A stretch of 64,000 nt of DNA. Source: an uncultured Collinsella sp. (GTDB taxonomy: Bacteria > Actinomycetota > Coriobacteriia > Coriobacteriales > Coriobacteriaceae). Below the pieces are notes generated by a model that saw nothing but the letters and a program-made list of their open reading frames with translations, was not told where the DNA came from and made no database searches. Position 1 is the stretch's first letter. Every line of letters starts with the position of its first letter. Positions 29,153 to 38,175 of this stretch are shown piece by piece. The position numbers and the translations under genes were made by a program. The stretch lies in assembly GCA_900541795.1 (NCBI GenBank), contig UQLC01000010.1, positions 4,669 to 68,668 of the forward strand. Reading direction: 5' to 3'.

Positions 29153-29668
29153 CTAGTACTCCACTCCTTCCCTTGCACATATCCCCTGCTCGTAGGGGTG
29201 TTTCTCGCACCGCATCTCGGTTATGTAGTCGGCCTTCTCCACGATCTTGCGGGAAGGCGCGCGCCCGGTGAGTGCTACTTCGACGCCGCGCGCGGACATA
29301 TCGAGCGCGCGGTCCACGAGCGCCTCGTCGACAAGCCCCTTCGAAAGCGCATCGAGCGCCTCGTCGAGCACGAGCAGCCCCTCCTGCGCGCCCTCGAGCT
29401 CGGCAAGCGCGGAAGCGAGGTTCCCATCGTGCAGCTCGCACGTAGCGGCAAGTTCTTCCGACGACATCGACCAGGTAAACTTGTCCGACACCTTCCCCGC
29501 GAACACGGGCACGCCGAAATGCTCGGCGAGCAGGCGCGCCTCCCCGCTTTCGCCGTCTTTCAGGAACTGCACGACGACGACGCGGCGGCCTGCGGCGAGC
29601 ATGCGAAGGGCGAGGCCCATCGCCGCCGTGGTCTTGCCTTTGCCGTCGCCATGATACACGTGAATCAT
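29153..29668 (-). CDS. cobO: corrinoid adenosyltransferase (CobA/CobO/BtuR type)
   Basis: 171 aa from ATG 29668 (ATGA overlap with the cbiP stop, RBS gaggagggc). It has the P-loop-like GDGKGKTTAAMG motif. Confidence 0.9.
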   Translation of the reverse strand: MIHVYHGDGKGKTTAAMGLALRMLAAGRRVVVVQFLKDGESGEARLLAEHFGVPVFAGKVSDKFTWSMSSEELAATCELHDGNLASALAELEGAQEGLLVLDEALDALSKGLVDEALVDRALDMSARGVEVALTGRAPSRKIVEKADYITEMRCEKHPYEQGICAREGVEY

Positions 29669-31164
29669 ACGCCCTCCTCGATAATGCGGTAGACATACTC
29701 CATGTCGAGCGCTCCGCGCACGACGTCGGCCAGGCGGTCGAACTCGCGCGCACGGTGATCGGCCGCGGACGCCGCGCCCGCAGCACCCACGACGCTCTCG
29801 GGCAGGCCGCGCATGCGCGCGAGCGAGCGCGCGAGGGCGAGCGCCACCCCCGGTTCGTCGAACAGGCCGTGGAGATAGGTTCCGAACACGTTTCCGCAGG
29901 CCGCGCCTTCTGGTTTGCCGCCAATCGTGCCCGCAGGGGCGCAGGAGACGGTCGTTTCGCCGTCGTGAATCTCGTACCCACGCGCCGTCATGCCGTTCCA
30001 CACCGAGAACGCGCCTTGGGCGCCCGTGATGCGCAGCTCCGACTGGGCGAGGCGCTTTTCCTCCTTGAACACCGTACTTGCAGGGATGAGCCCGAGCCCG
30101 CGCGCGGTGCCAGCGCCTTCCCTGCCGTGCGGGTCCGAAAGCTCGTCTCCCAAAAGCTGGTAGCCTCCGCATATGCCGAGCACCGGCGTGCCCGCGCCCG
30201 AAAGCGCGCGTACACAGGCTCCGATGCCGCTAGCCGCAAGCCAGCGCGCGTCGTCGACCGTGGACTTCGAGCCGGGAAGCACCACCAGGTCGGGTCGGCC
30301 CAGATCGGTCGTCGAGGAAACGTAGCGCACGCCCATGCCGGGCACGCGCGAAAGCGGGTCGAAGTCGGTGAAGTTCGACAGATGCGGAAGGCGCACGACG
30401 GCGACGTCGATGACGCCGCGCGCCTCGCGGGCAGTTAGGCGCGGCGCGAGCGAGTCCTCGTCGTCCAGGTCGAGCGTAAGATACGGCACGACCCCCACGA
30501 CGGGAACCCCGCACATCTTCTCGAGCGGAGCCAAACCCGGACGCAGGATTTCCACATCGCCGCGGAACTTGTTCACCACAAGCCCCCGCAAAAGCGCGCG
30601 GTCCTCGGGCGCAAGGAGCGCGACCGTGCCGTAGAGCTGGGCAAACACCCCGCCTGGGTCGATGTCGCCCGCGAGCAGCACGGGGGAGGACACGGCGCGC
30701 GCGAGCCCCATGTTGACGATGTCGTTTTCGGCAAGGTTGATTTCGACGGGACTGCCGGCGCCCTCGATGACGATGACGTCGTTTTCCTCCGCGAGCGAAT
30801 CGAACGCCTCCAAAATCTGCGGCATGAGCGCCTTCTTTCGCGCGAAGTAGTCCCTCGCAGCGAAGGCTCCCTGCGCCTTGCCGGCCACGATGAGCTGGCT
30901 TCGGTGATCGCTTTCGGGCTTGAGCAGGATGGGGTTCATGCGCACGTCGGGCGCGATGCCGCACGCCTCGGCCTGCATGATCTGAGCGCGCCCCATCTCG
31001 AGCCCGTCGGCCGTGACACCGCTGTTGAGCGCCATGTTCTGGCTCTTGAAGGGAGCCACGCGCAGGCCGTCCTGCGAAAGCACACGGCACAGCCCCGCCG
31101 CAAGCAGGCTCTTCCCCGCGTTCGACATGGTGCCCTGGATCATGATGGGCTTCGCCCTACCCAC
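29665..31164 (-). CDS. cbiP: cobyric acid synthase
   Basis: IMIQGTMSNAGKS P-loop followed by a C-terminal GATase domain (GICGGYQLLG, GYEIH). GTG 31164 is preceded by gaaggagg at a 9-nt spacing. Confidence 0.9.
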   Translation of the reverse strand: MGRAKPIMIQGTMSNAGKSLLAAGLCRVLSQDGLRVAPFKSQNMALNSGVTADGLEMGRAQIMQAEACGIAPDVRMNPILLKPESDHRSQLIVAGKAQGAFAARDYFARKKALMPQILEAFDSLAEENDVIVIEGAGSPVEINLAENDIVNMGLARAVSSPVLLAGDIDPGGVFAQLYGTVALLAPEDRALLRGLVVNKFRGDVEILRPGLAPLEKMCGVPVVGVVPYLTLDLDDEDSLAPRLTAREARGVIDVAVVRLPHLSNFTDFDPLSRVPGMGVRYVSSTTDLGRPDLVVLPGSKSTVDDARWLAASGIGACVRALSGAGTPVLGICGGYQLLGDELSDPHGREGAGTARGLGLIPASTVFKEEKRLAQSELRITGAQGAFSVWNGMTARGYEIHDGETTVSCAPAGTIGGKPEGAACGNVFGTYLHGLFDEPGVALALARSLARMRGLPESVVGAAGAASAADHRAREFDRLADVVRGALDMEYVYRIIEEGV

Positions 31165-32380
31165 GGGTATCGACCTCCTTCGCCGAGCCTCGGCCATCCG
31201 CGCCCGCCATAGCGCCGCTGCAAGAAGCGCCGCCCCGTTCGTCGGGTTCGCCTTCGCCCGATGCGCCTTCCGCCCGAAGCGCGCGGCTGAACGCCATCGC
31301 AAGCCGGGCATTCTCCTTGTGCGTGCGCACGGCGACGCGGCACCAGAAACGGGACAGTATCGAAAACGAGTCGCACGTGCGGACCAAAACCCCCTGTTTA
31401 TACAGGCGCTCGGGGATGTCTTTCGCCGGCGTGCGGACTAAAAGGAAGTTCGCATCCGACGGCACGACGGAAAGCCCGAGCGAGGAGAGCTCGTGGGAAA
31501 GCCACGCTCGCTCGCCCGCCAATACATCGCGCGTGCGCGAGACGTATTCGACGTCTTCCAGGGCGGCGATGCCCGCGGCCTCGGCGACCGAGGAGACGGG
31601 CCACGCCTGCCCCGCCCGACGAATCCCCTCGATGAGTTGGGCGTTTCCGCTGATCAGATACCCCAACCGCAACCCTGCCATTCCGTAGAGCTTGGTGAAC
31701 GCGGAGAGCACGGCCACATGGTGCGAACACGCGGCGCGTGCGGCCACGCTCCTTTCGCGGGCGTCGGGCGCAAATCCGAGGAAGCACTCGTCCACGACGA
31801 GCAGCGCGCCCACCTGCTCGCAGCGGCAAGCCGCGGCATCGATCACGCGGGGGTCGACGAGGCGCCCCGTCGGGTTGTTCGGATTGCAGAGGTACGCCAC
31901 GTCTCCCGGCCCCTCGATCGCGCGGGCGAAGGAGGCGGGCACGTCGAAGTCATCCGCCTCGGAGAGCGGGAACTCCTGCACGCATGCACCGTAGTACGAT
32001 GCCGCCTCCGCATATTCAGAGAACGTCGGCGCGCACACGACGATGCGTTTCGGGCGTACCGCCGCGGCGAGCCGCCAGATGATGTCAGACGCGCCCGCGC
32101 CGCAGACGATAGTATCTTCGGGAATGCCCTGGGCGCGCCCTAGGGCGCGAACGAGTGCGAGGCTTTCCCTATCGGGGTAGGCGTCGATTCGAGAAAGCGC
32201 CTTGCAAGCTGCGGCGACGGCGCGCGGCGAGGGGCCTGCCGGATTCACGTTCACCGAGAAGTCAATGAGGTCGGAGACGCCCCCTTCGCAAGCGATGCCG
32301 AGCGATTGCGAGCTGCCCCCATGCGTACGGGCGCGCAGGATTCCCCCGGCAGCCCGGGACGCGGCGTGGTCTTCCCTCAT
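31157..32380 (-). CDS. cobD: threonine-phosphate decarboxylase (class I/II aminotransferase fold)
   Basis: LIDFSVNVNPAGP, YLCNPNNPTG, SAFTKLYGMAGLRLGY (PLP-lysine context). ATG 32380 overlaps the cbiB stop. Confidence 0.8.
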   Translation of the reverse strand: MREDHAASRAAGGILRARTHGGSSQSLGIACEGGVSDLIDFSVNVNPAGPSPRAVAAACKALSRIDAYPDRESLALVRALGRAQGIPEDTIVCGAGASDIIWRLAAAVRPKRIVVCAPTFSEYAEAASYYGACVQEFPLSEADDFDVPASFARAIEGPGDVAYLCNPNNPTGRLVDPRVIDAAACRCEQVGALLVVDECFLGFAPDARERSVAARAACSHHVAVLSAFTKLYGMAGLRLGYLISGNAQLIEGIRRAGQAWPVSSVAEAAGIAALEDVEYVSRTRDVLAGERAWLSHELSSLGLSVVPSDANFLLVRTPAKDIPERLYKQGVLVRTCDSFSILSRFWCRVAVRTHKENARLAMAFSRALRAEGASGEGEPDERGGASCSGAMAGADGRGSAKEVDTRG

Positions 32381-33351
32381 GCCATCGCCCCCACGGCGAG
32401 CACGACCGCCGCGCGCGCGGCGCCGAAGACGACGAGCGCGCATACGGACGCGGCGAGCATGAGCCTTGTCGCCCGTGCGATGTCGCCCCACTCGATTTCG
32501 CGGGACGCGTCGCCTATCGTCGGTTTCTCAACGAGCTTGCCGAAATACACCGCGGGTCCCGCCAGGCGCAGCCCGAGCGCGCCCGCGCACGCTGACTCGG
32601 TCTGCGCCGAGTTGGGGCTCGCATGGCGACGCCTGTCGCGGCGCCAGATGCGCGCCGCCCCGCGCGCGTCGAGCCCGACGATCGGGCACACGGCGATCAT
32701 GAGCAGGGCCGATAAGCGCGAGGGAATCCAGTTCACCGCATCGTCGAGGCGCGCCGAGGCGCAGCCGAAGTCGATGTAGCGCTCATTTTTGTAGCCCACC
32801 ATGCTGTCGAGCGTGTTCACCGCCTTGTACGCCATGCCCAAGGGCGCACCCCCGATCATAAGGTAGAAAAGCGGCGCGATGACGCCGTCGCTCGCGTTCT
32901 CCGCCACCGTTTCCACAGCGGCGCGCGCGACGCCCTGCTCGTCGAGAACAGACGTGTCGCGTCCCACGATGAGCCCGACGGCTTCGCGCGCCGCGACAAG
33001 GCCGCCCTTCGAGAACGCGCGGGCCACGGCCAGGCTCTGGCGGCGCAGCTCGCATGCCGCGAGAATCTGATAGCTCGCCCATGCCTCGGCCACGAAGCGC
33101 AAGCCGGAGTGAACCATGCCGCAAAGATGCAGGATTCCCCAGGTCAAAAGTCCACACGCAAGCGGAAGCGCCACGGCGAGCACAAGCCCTGCGGCGCGCG
33201 TGCCCGCGGGCGTTTGCGGGAATGCGCCCCGCAGGCGGCCTTCGGCCCACGTGATCGCGCGCCCCATGGCGACGACGGGATGGGGAAGCCAGCGCGGGTC
33301 GCCGAAGGCAAGGTCGGCCGCGAACCCGGCGGCGACGGCAAGAATGGTCAT
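32377..33351 (-). CDS. cbiB: adenosylcobinamide-phosphate synthase
   Basis: 324-aa membrane protein, DLAFGDPRWLPHPVVAMG, GRDT, APLFY. The ATG overlaps the upstream stop by 1 nt. Confidence 0.9.
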   Translation of the reverse strand: MTILAVAAGFAADLAFGDPRWLPHPVVAMGRAITWAEGRLRGAFPQTPAGTRAAGLVLAVALPLACGLLTWGILHLCGMVHSGLRFVAEAWASYQILAACELRRQSLAVARAFSKGGLVAAREAVGLIVGRDTSVLDEQGVARAAVETVAENASDGVIAPLFYLMIGGAPLGMAYKAVNTLDSMVGYKNERYIDFGCASARLDDAVNWIPSRLSALLMIAVCPIVGLDARGAARIWRRDRRRHASPNSAQTESACAGALGLRLAGPAVYFGKLVEKPTIGDASREIEWGDIARATRLMLAASVCALVVFGAARAAVVLAVGAMA

Positions 33352-34352
33352 CACCGGACATCGCCCCCCGAAGCGGGGCGAACGTCGAGAAGGCAGCGCC
33401 CATCCCAGGTGGCGGCCCATGCGCCGCCCGGCTCGGTATGCACGTCGAAGTATCCCATTTTCGGGACAGCTAGCTCGGAGAGCAGCGCTTTCACGGTACC
33501 CGCGTGAACGACGAAGACGGCGCGCCCACTCCCCTGGGCACACCCCGATTCGCACGCCTCCCGAAACGCCGCGACGACGCGGCGGGTGAAATCGCTCTTG
33601 CCCTCGCCATGCGGGCAGCGCGTCTCGCACCAGGAGTCTACCCAGGCGCGGTAGCGCGCATCCTCTTTAAGCTCGGCGGCGCTTCGCCCCTCGAAGTCGC
33701 CGAAATCCATCTCGCGCAGACCGGGGCACGCCATAAGCTCCGCGTTCGGGAAGAGAATGCGCGCCGTCTGGTCGGCGCGAGCCATGCCGCTCGTGATAAC
33801 ACGGTACACGTCACGATCGCACGCGAGGTCGCGCAAAGCGCGCTCGCCCGCGCTCGACAGGGGCTCGTCAGTGCCCGCCCCGCTGTAGCGATGGTCTTCC
33901 GTGCCCGCTGTGGCACCATGGCGCACGAAGACGACTTCCAAAGGCGCGACCGCGCCCTGCGTCCCTCGAGGCGCATCGGCAAGGTTTCCTTTGATGACCT
34001 GGGGAATCCCGCACGTCATGCGCACGACGACGTCGGCGCGCGCAGCGAGCGCGCATCCCAGGCGCCCCGCGCGCTCGCGCCATTGGGCGTCTTCCGCACG
34101 CATGGGGACGACCCCCGAGCCCACCAAGGACAGAATCACTGCGTCGAAGCCGATCAGCCGCTCGAGCGCCCGGTCAGCGTCGAGCGCGCGTACGAGTTCC
34201 TCAGCACGGTACGCGACGCGGCCGGCAAAAGCCGCGGGCACGCCGCCCTCCGCAAGCTGCGCCGCGTCGACGAAATCGTCCGCCGCGAACCCGAGCCTTT
34301 CGCACACGAAGGTCCTCTTCCCCGAACGCGCGCCACCTACCACGAGCATCAT
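33351..34352 (-). CDS. cobC: fusion of a shortened CobU-like P-loop domain with alpha-ribazole phosphatase (histidine phosphatase, CobC)
   Basis: 333 aa. The N-terminal 125 aa read MMLVVGGARSGKRTF...VGSGVVPM...GIPQVIKG, which is CobU-like. The C-terminal part has VVFVRHGATAGT (RHG motif) and the rest of a histidine-phosphatase fold. The ATG overlaps the cobS stop. Confidence 0.75.
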   Translation of the reverse strand: MMLVVGGARSGKRTFVCERLGFAADDFVDAAQLAEGGVPAAFAGRVAYRAEELVRALDADRALERLIGFDAVILSLVGSGVVPMRAEDAQWRERAGRLGCALAARADVVVRMTCGIPQVIKGNLADAPRGTQGAVAPLEVVFVRHGATAGTEDHRYSGAGTDEPLSSAGERALRDLACDRDVYRVITSGMARADQTARILFPNAELMACPGLREMDFGDFEGRSAAELKEDARYRAWVDSWCETRCPHGEGKSDFTRRVVAAFREACESGCAQGSGRAVFVVHAGTVKALLSELAVPKMGYFDVHTEPGGAWAATWDGRCLLDVRPASGGDVR

Positions 34353-35116
34353 AGGAGCATGCCCCCCGCCACCAGCATGGCAAGCATCGCGAGCTCGGCC
34401 CATTGCAGAAACCATCCAGCCAAATCCCCCGTCACCCCGCCGAAGCGGGACAGGGCAACATGGCGGTACCACGCGAGCGCCAAAAGCCCCGCCACCGCCA
34501 TAAGGGCGCCGACGGCCTGAGCGCACGCGACCATCCCTGCAGCCGAAGCCGCAGCAAAAGCGCAAAGCGGCACGACGATCGCCGCGCGCTTCTTCGCAGG
34601 CGAAAGCCCCGCGGCCATGCCGTCCGCCCGCGCGGCAGGCCAGCATTCTACGGCGAGCCCCGAAAGCGCGCGGGAGAACACGAGCGAGCACAGAAGCGCG
34701 AGGAACGCCCCCGCCGTAAGCGGCAGCGCGGTGAACAGGGAAAACTGCAGAATAAGGTACATGACAACACCAATGACCCCGAAGGCGCCCGCCCGCGGGT
34801 CGTGCATGATCTCGAGCTTTCGCTCGCGCGGGGCCCAACTTGCAAGCGCATCGGAGGTGTCGCAGAGCCCGTCTAGGTGGATGCCTCCCGTCACCGCCAC
34901 AGGCAGCGCCACGAGCACGGCCGCGACGATGGTCGCAGGCACACCGAGCAGGTTCGCCACGTGCCCCCACACCGTCATGAGGAAGCCTTCCGCAAGGCCC
35001 ACCAGGGGAAACGCGGCAAGCGCATGGGTTGACCCGAAATCGGTCCAGGCCGATTTCGGGACGGGGATGCGCGAGAACGTTCCGAACGCCGCGCCGATTG
35101 CCTCTGCTATCTTCAC
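34349..35116 (-). CDS. cobS: adenosylcobinamide-GDP ribazoletransferase (cobalamin synthase)
   Basis: 255-aa polytopic membrane protein, FGTFSRIPVP, GGIHLDGLCDTSDA. GTG 35116 overlaps the cobU stop (GTGA). Confidence 0.85.
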   Translation of the reverse strand: MKIAEAIGAAFGTFSRIPVPKSAWTDFGSTHALAAFPLVGLAEGFLMTVWGHVANLLGVPATIVAAVLVALPVAVTGGIHLDGLCDTSDALASWAPRERKLEIMHDPRAGAFGVIGVVMYLILQFSLFTALPLTAGAFLALLCSLVFSRALSGLAVECWPAARADGMAAGLSPAKKRAAIVVPLCAFAAASAAGMVACAQAVGALMAVAGLLALAWYRHVALSRFGGVTGDLAGWFLQWAELAMLAMLVAGGMLL

Positions 35117-35661
35117 CTTGTAGGTCCTTCGCCTTTCATCCACACGGGAATCCCGCATACCACTTCGACAGCGCAGTCGGCCAGCGCCGACACGCCCGCG
35201 TTCACGCGCGCGAGCGCGCGCCTCCATACCTCGGTCCCCTCATCGTAGCGCATCCCATCGGCGAACACGTCGACGGTGACAACCACCGTATACGCAGCGG
35301 CCTGAGCGAGCCGTTCGATGCCTCCGAGCACCTCGCGCGCCACAGCGTCGGGGTCGCGTGGGGACAAGCCGGCTTCCGCGAAAAGCTCGTTTGCAACCAG
35401 GTTGCCCACGTCCTCCAAAAGAAGCGTGCAGCCGCGCGGAAGCCCGGGCACTGCGGCGCCCACGTCACGCGTGCGCTCGAGGGTGGAAAACCCCTTGCCC
35501 TCGCGCAGCGCCCGATGGCGCGCGATGCGGCGGGCGCCCTCTTCCCCGAAGGGCTCCATCGTTGCCAGGTACACGCGAGGGCCGTCGTGCCCGAGGCACA
35601 AGGACTCGGCGTAGGCGCTCTTACCGCTCGCGGCGGCGCCGATAACGAACGTCACCGCCAT
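35113..35661 (-). CDS. cobU: adenosylcobinamide kinase / adenosylcobinamide-phosphate guanylyltransferase
   Basis: 182 aa, MAVTFVIGAAASGKS (intact P-loop), ...CGIPVWMKG. It overlaps the cobT 3' end by 10 nt. Confidence 0.9.
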   Translation of the reverse strand: MAVTFVIGAAASGKSAYAESLCLGHDGPRVYLATMEPFGEEGARRIARHRALREGKGFSTLERTRDVGAAVPGLPRGCTLLLEDVGNLVANELFAEAGLSPRDPDAVAREVLGGIERLAQAAAYTVVVTVDVFADGMRYDEGTEVWRRALARVNAGVSALADCAVEVVCGIPVWMKGEGPTR

Positions 35662-36800
35662 TTCCCGGCCTCGAAATGCTCGTAAGCAGCCATGCCAGTC
35701 GCCGTGAACGTCTTCCCATCCCGGTACACGCACAGCGCCGAATCCAGAAGGGGCAGATACGCCATGGCGCCCGCGCCCTCGCCCAAGTGCATGCCTGCGT
35801 CGAGGGGTGCCTTTATGCCGAGCTCGCGAAGGAGCTCCTGGCTTGCGGGTTCGCTTGATGCGTGGGTGCCCACGAGGTAGCCCAAGGCGTTGGGGCACAG
35901 GCGCGCCGCGCACAGAGCCGCCGTGCAGGATATGACCCCGTCGAGGAGTGCCGGCGCCTTCGAGGCCGCGGCCCCCAGGTAGAAGCCGCACATCGCCGCA
36001 ATGTCGAAGCCGCCCACCTTCGAGAGCACGTCGATCGGGTCGGCGGGATCGGGCGAGTTCGCGTCGATAGCGCGCTCGACCACGTCGCGCTTGCGCGCGA
36101 GCGAGGCGTCCGAGAGCCCCGCGCCGCGCCCGACGAGGCTCCGCGCGTCCGCCCGGATGAGCACTGCGGCCACCGCCGCCGAGGTGGTCGTGTTGCCGAT
36201 GCCCATCTCGCCCGCGGCGAGAAGGCGCACGCCGGCGCGGGCAAGCCCGCACGCGACGGCGATTCCGACCTCGATCGCGCGCACGGCCCCATCGCGAGAC
36301 ATAGCGGAGCCGTGCGCGATGTTGCCGCTCCCCCGCCGCACGTTCGCGCGCACCATGCGCGCGTCTTCTATGCCCCGGGCCATACCCACGTCGACGGGCA
36401 CGACCTCGGCACCCGCGAACGCCGCCATGCGGCAAGCGCTTGTGGCCCCCTCGCACATGTTGCGCGCGACGGCTCGCGTCACGTCTTGCCCGCTTTGCGA
36501 CACGCCTTCGGCAACGACCCCGTTGTCGGAGAAGAATACCGCGAGCGCACGGGGGAACTCGGCCACCTCGGCGCTCCCCTGAGCTGCGGCGATACACGCG
36601 ACGGCGTCTTCAAAGTCGCCCAATCCCCCCAAGGGGTGCGCGATGGAGTCCCACGCGGCGTACGCGGCGGCGCGGGCGCACTCGTCTGCGGGCGCGATCC
36701 GGGAGAGCGCGGCTTCGAGCACGGCGCCCGGCGCCGACGAGAACGCGCGCTCGACTTCCTCGCGGATGCAGGCAAGCGCGGTTTCGGTTGCCTCAGCCAT
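35652..36800 (-). CDS. cobT: nicotinate-nucleotide--dimethylbenzimidazole phosphoribosyltransferase
   Basis: 382 aa, AAGEMGIGNTTTSAAV, GGFDIAAMCG, HLGEGAGA. RBS gaggag lies upstream. Confidence 0.9.
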   Translation of the reverse strand: MAEATETALACIREEVERAFSSAPGAVLEAALSRIAPADECARAAAYAAWDSIAHPLGGLGDFEDAVACIAAAQGSAEVAEFPRALAVFFSDNGVVAEGVSQSGQDVTRAVARNMCEGATSACRMAAFAGAEVVPVDVGMARGIEDARMVRANVRRGSGNIAHGSAMSRDGAVRAIEVGIAVACGLARAGVRLLAAGEMGIGNTTTSAAVAAVLIRADARSLVGRGAGLSDASLARKRDVVERAIDANSPDPADPIDVLSKVGGFDIAAMCGFYLGAAASKAPALLDGVISCTAALCAARLCPNALGYLVGTHASSEPASQELLRELGIKAPLDAGMHLGEGAGAMAYLPLLDSALCVYRDGKTFTATGMAAYEHFEAGKWR

Positions 36801-38175
36801 GCCGTCTCCTCTCTGCGAACGACGCTGCGGCAGACGCGAACGCGCGCGCAACGTCGGGGTTCGCAGGATAGTACACATGCGGGAAGCCCGCAACCAGGGA
36901 CGGGGTAGTCGTCATGCACGGCCAGCCCTTGTCGCGCCGGGGCTTTTGCGCCCAAAAGTCGCCGCCCGGGCAGGTGGACTGCCAGTAGTGGAACTCGTGC
37001 GCGCGGATGCGTGTGCCGCGCGGCCCGTAGAGCCCGTCGCGTTGGGAAGTGAGCTCCACGTACCCGAAATGGGACAGCCTTCCCCCGTTCTCGCTTGCGC
37101 CCTCAAGGGCGCCCACAACAGGCCAGCGCCGCCCCTCGCTATCGGAGATTTCGCGCTGCAGGTACAGAAACCCACCGCATTCGGCAACCGTCGGCATGCC
37201 GGATTCCACCGCACGCCGCACCGCCTCGCGCATCGGCGCGTTCTCGGAGAGCTGCCGCACATGGAGCTCCGGGTAGCCGCCTCCCAGATAGAGGGCGCTT
37301 GCCCCCCGCGGCAACTCGCTATCACACAGGGGGCTGAAAAAGGCCAGCTCGCAACCCAGGTCCTCGAGCGCGCGCAGGTTCTCCTCGTAGTAGAACGAGA
37401 ACGCCTCGTCACGCGCGACGGCGACGATGGGCCGCGCTCCCGCGATCGGCTCCAACCGGTAAGGATCCTCGCGGATATCGGGTGCCGTCGCCGCTATTTC
37501 GAGCAAGCGGTCGACGTCGAAGCTCTTTTCCACCAGCTCGGCCATCTTGTCGATGCGCGCGGAGAGCTGCTCGACCTCGTCGGCGGTCACAAGCCCCAAA
37601 TGCCGGCTTTCGAGCGAGAACGCATCGTCGGCGGGGATATTCCCCAAAACCGCGACACCCGTGTGCTTCTCGATCGCAGGCTTCGCGTAGGCGCAGGCAG
37701 CGGCGCTCGTCTTGTTCAGCACGACGCCGCGCACGTTCGCACAAGGCAGGAACTCGGCGATGCCGCGGATTACGGCGGCGAGCGATAAAGACGCCCCGCG
37801 CCCGTTCACCACTAAAACGACCGGCGTTTCCGTGTCGCACGCAACCTGGTAGCTGCTCGCGTCGGCCACGCCGGGCGCCATGCCGTCGTAGAAGCCCATG
37901 GCCCCCTCGAGCACCGCGACATCCGCGCCCGCGGCGCCGCGTGCGAGCAGGGCGCGCAGCGTCGGGGCGTCGGTGAAGAAGCCGTCTAAGTTGCCCGAGC
38001 GCGCACCCACGACGCGGCGATGAAAGAGCGGGTCAATGTAGTCGGGGCCGCATTTGAAGGCCGCGCATGCGAGGCCGCGGCGCGCAAGCGCGCGCAGGAG
38101 CGCGCACGTAACGACCGTCTTGCCGCTCCCGCTCGAGGGCGCAGCGACCATGAAGCGAGGGATGGTCGTGCTCAC
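36793..38175 (-). CDS. cbiA: cobyrinate a,c-diamide synthase
   Basis: MVAAPSSGSGKTVVTCAL P-loop, and a C-terminal GATase domain (AECGGFLYL). GTG 38175 overlaps the cbiET stop (GTGA). Confidence 0.9.
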   Translation of the reverse strand: MSTTIPRFMVAAPSSGSGKTVVTCALLRALARRGLACAAFKCGPDYIDPLFHRRVVGARSGNLDGFFTDAPTLRALLARGAAGADVAVLEGAMGFYDGMAPGVADASSYQVACDTETPVVLVVNGRGASLSLAAVIRGIAEFLPCANVRGVVLNKTSAAACAYAKPAIEKHTGVAVLGNIPADDAFSLESRHLGLVTADEVEQLSARIDKMAELVEKSFDVDRLLEIAATAPDIREDPYRLEPIAGARPIVAVARDEAFSFYYEENLRALEDLGCELAFFSPLCDSELPRGASALYLGGGYPELHVRQLSENAPMREAVRRAVESGMPTVAECGGFLYLQREISDSEGRRWPVVGALEGASENGGRLSHFGYVELTSQRDGLYGPRGTRIRAHEFHYWQSTCPGGDFWAQKPRRDKGWPCMTTTPSLVAGFPHVYYPANPDVARAFASAAASFAERRRHG

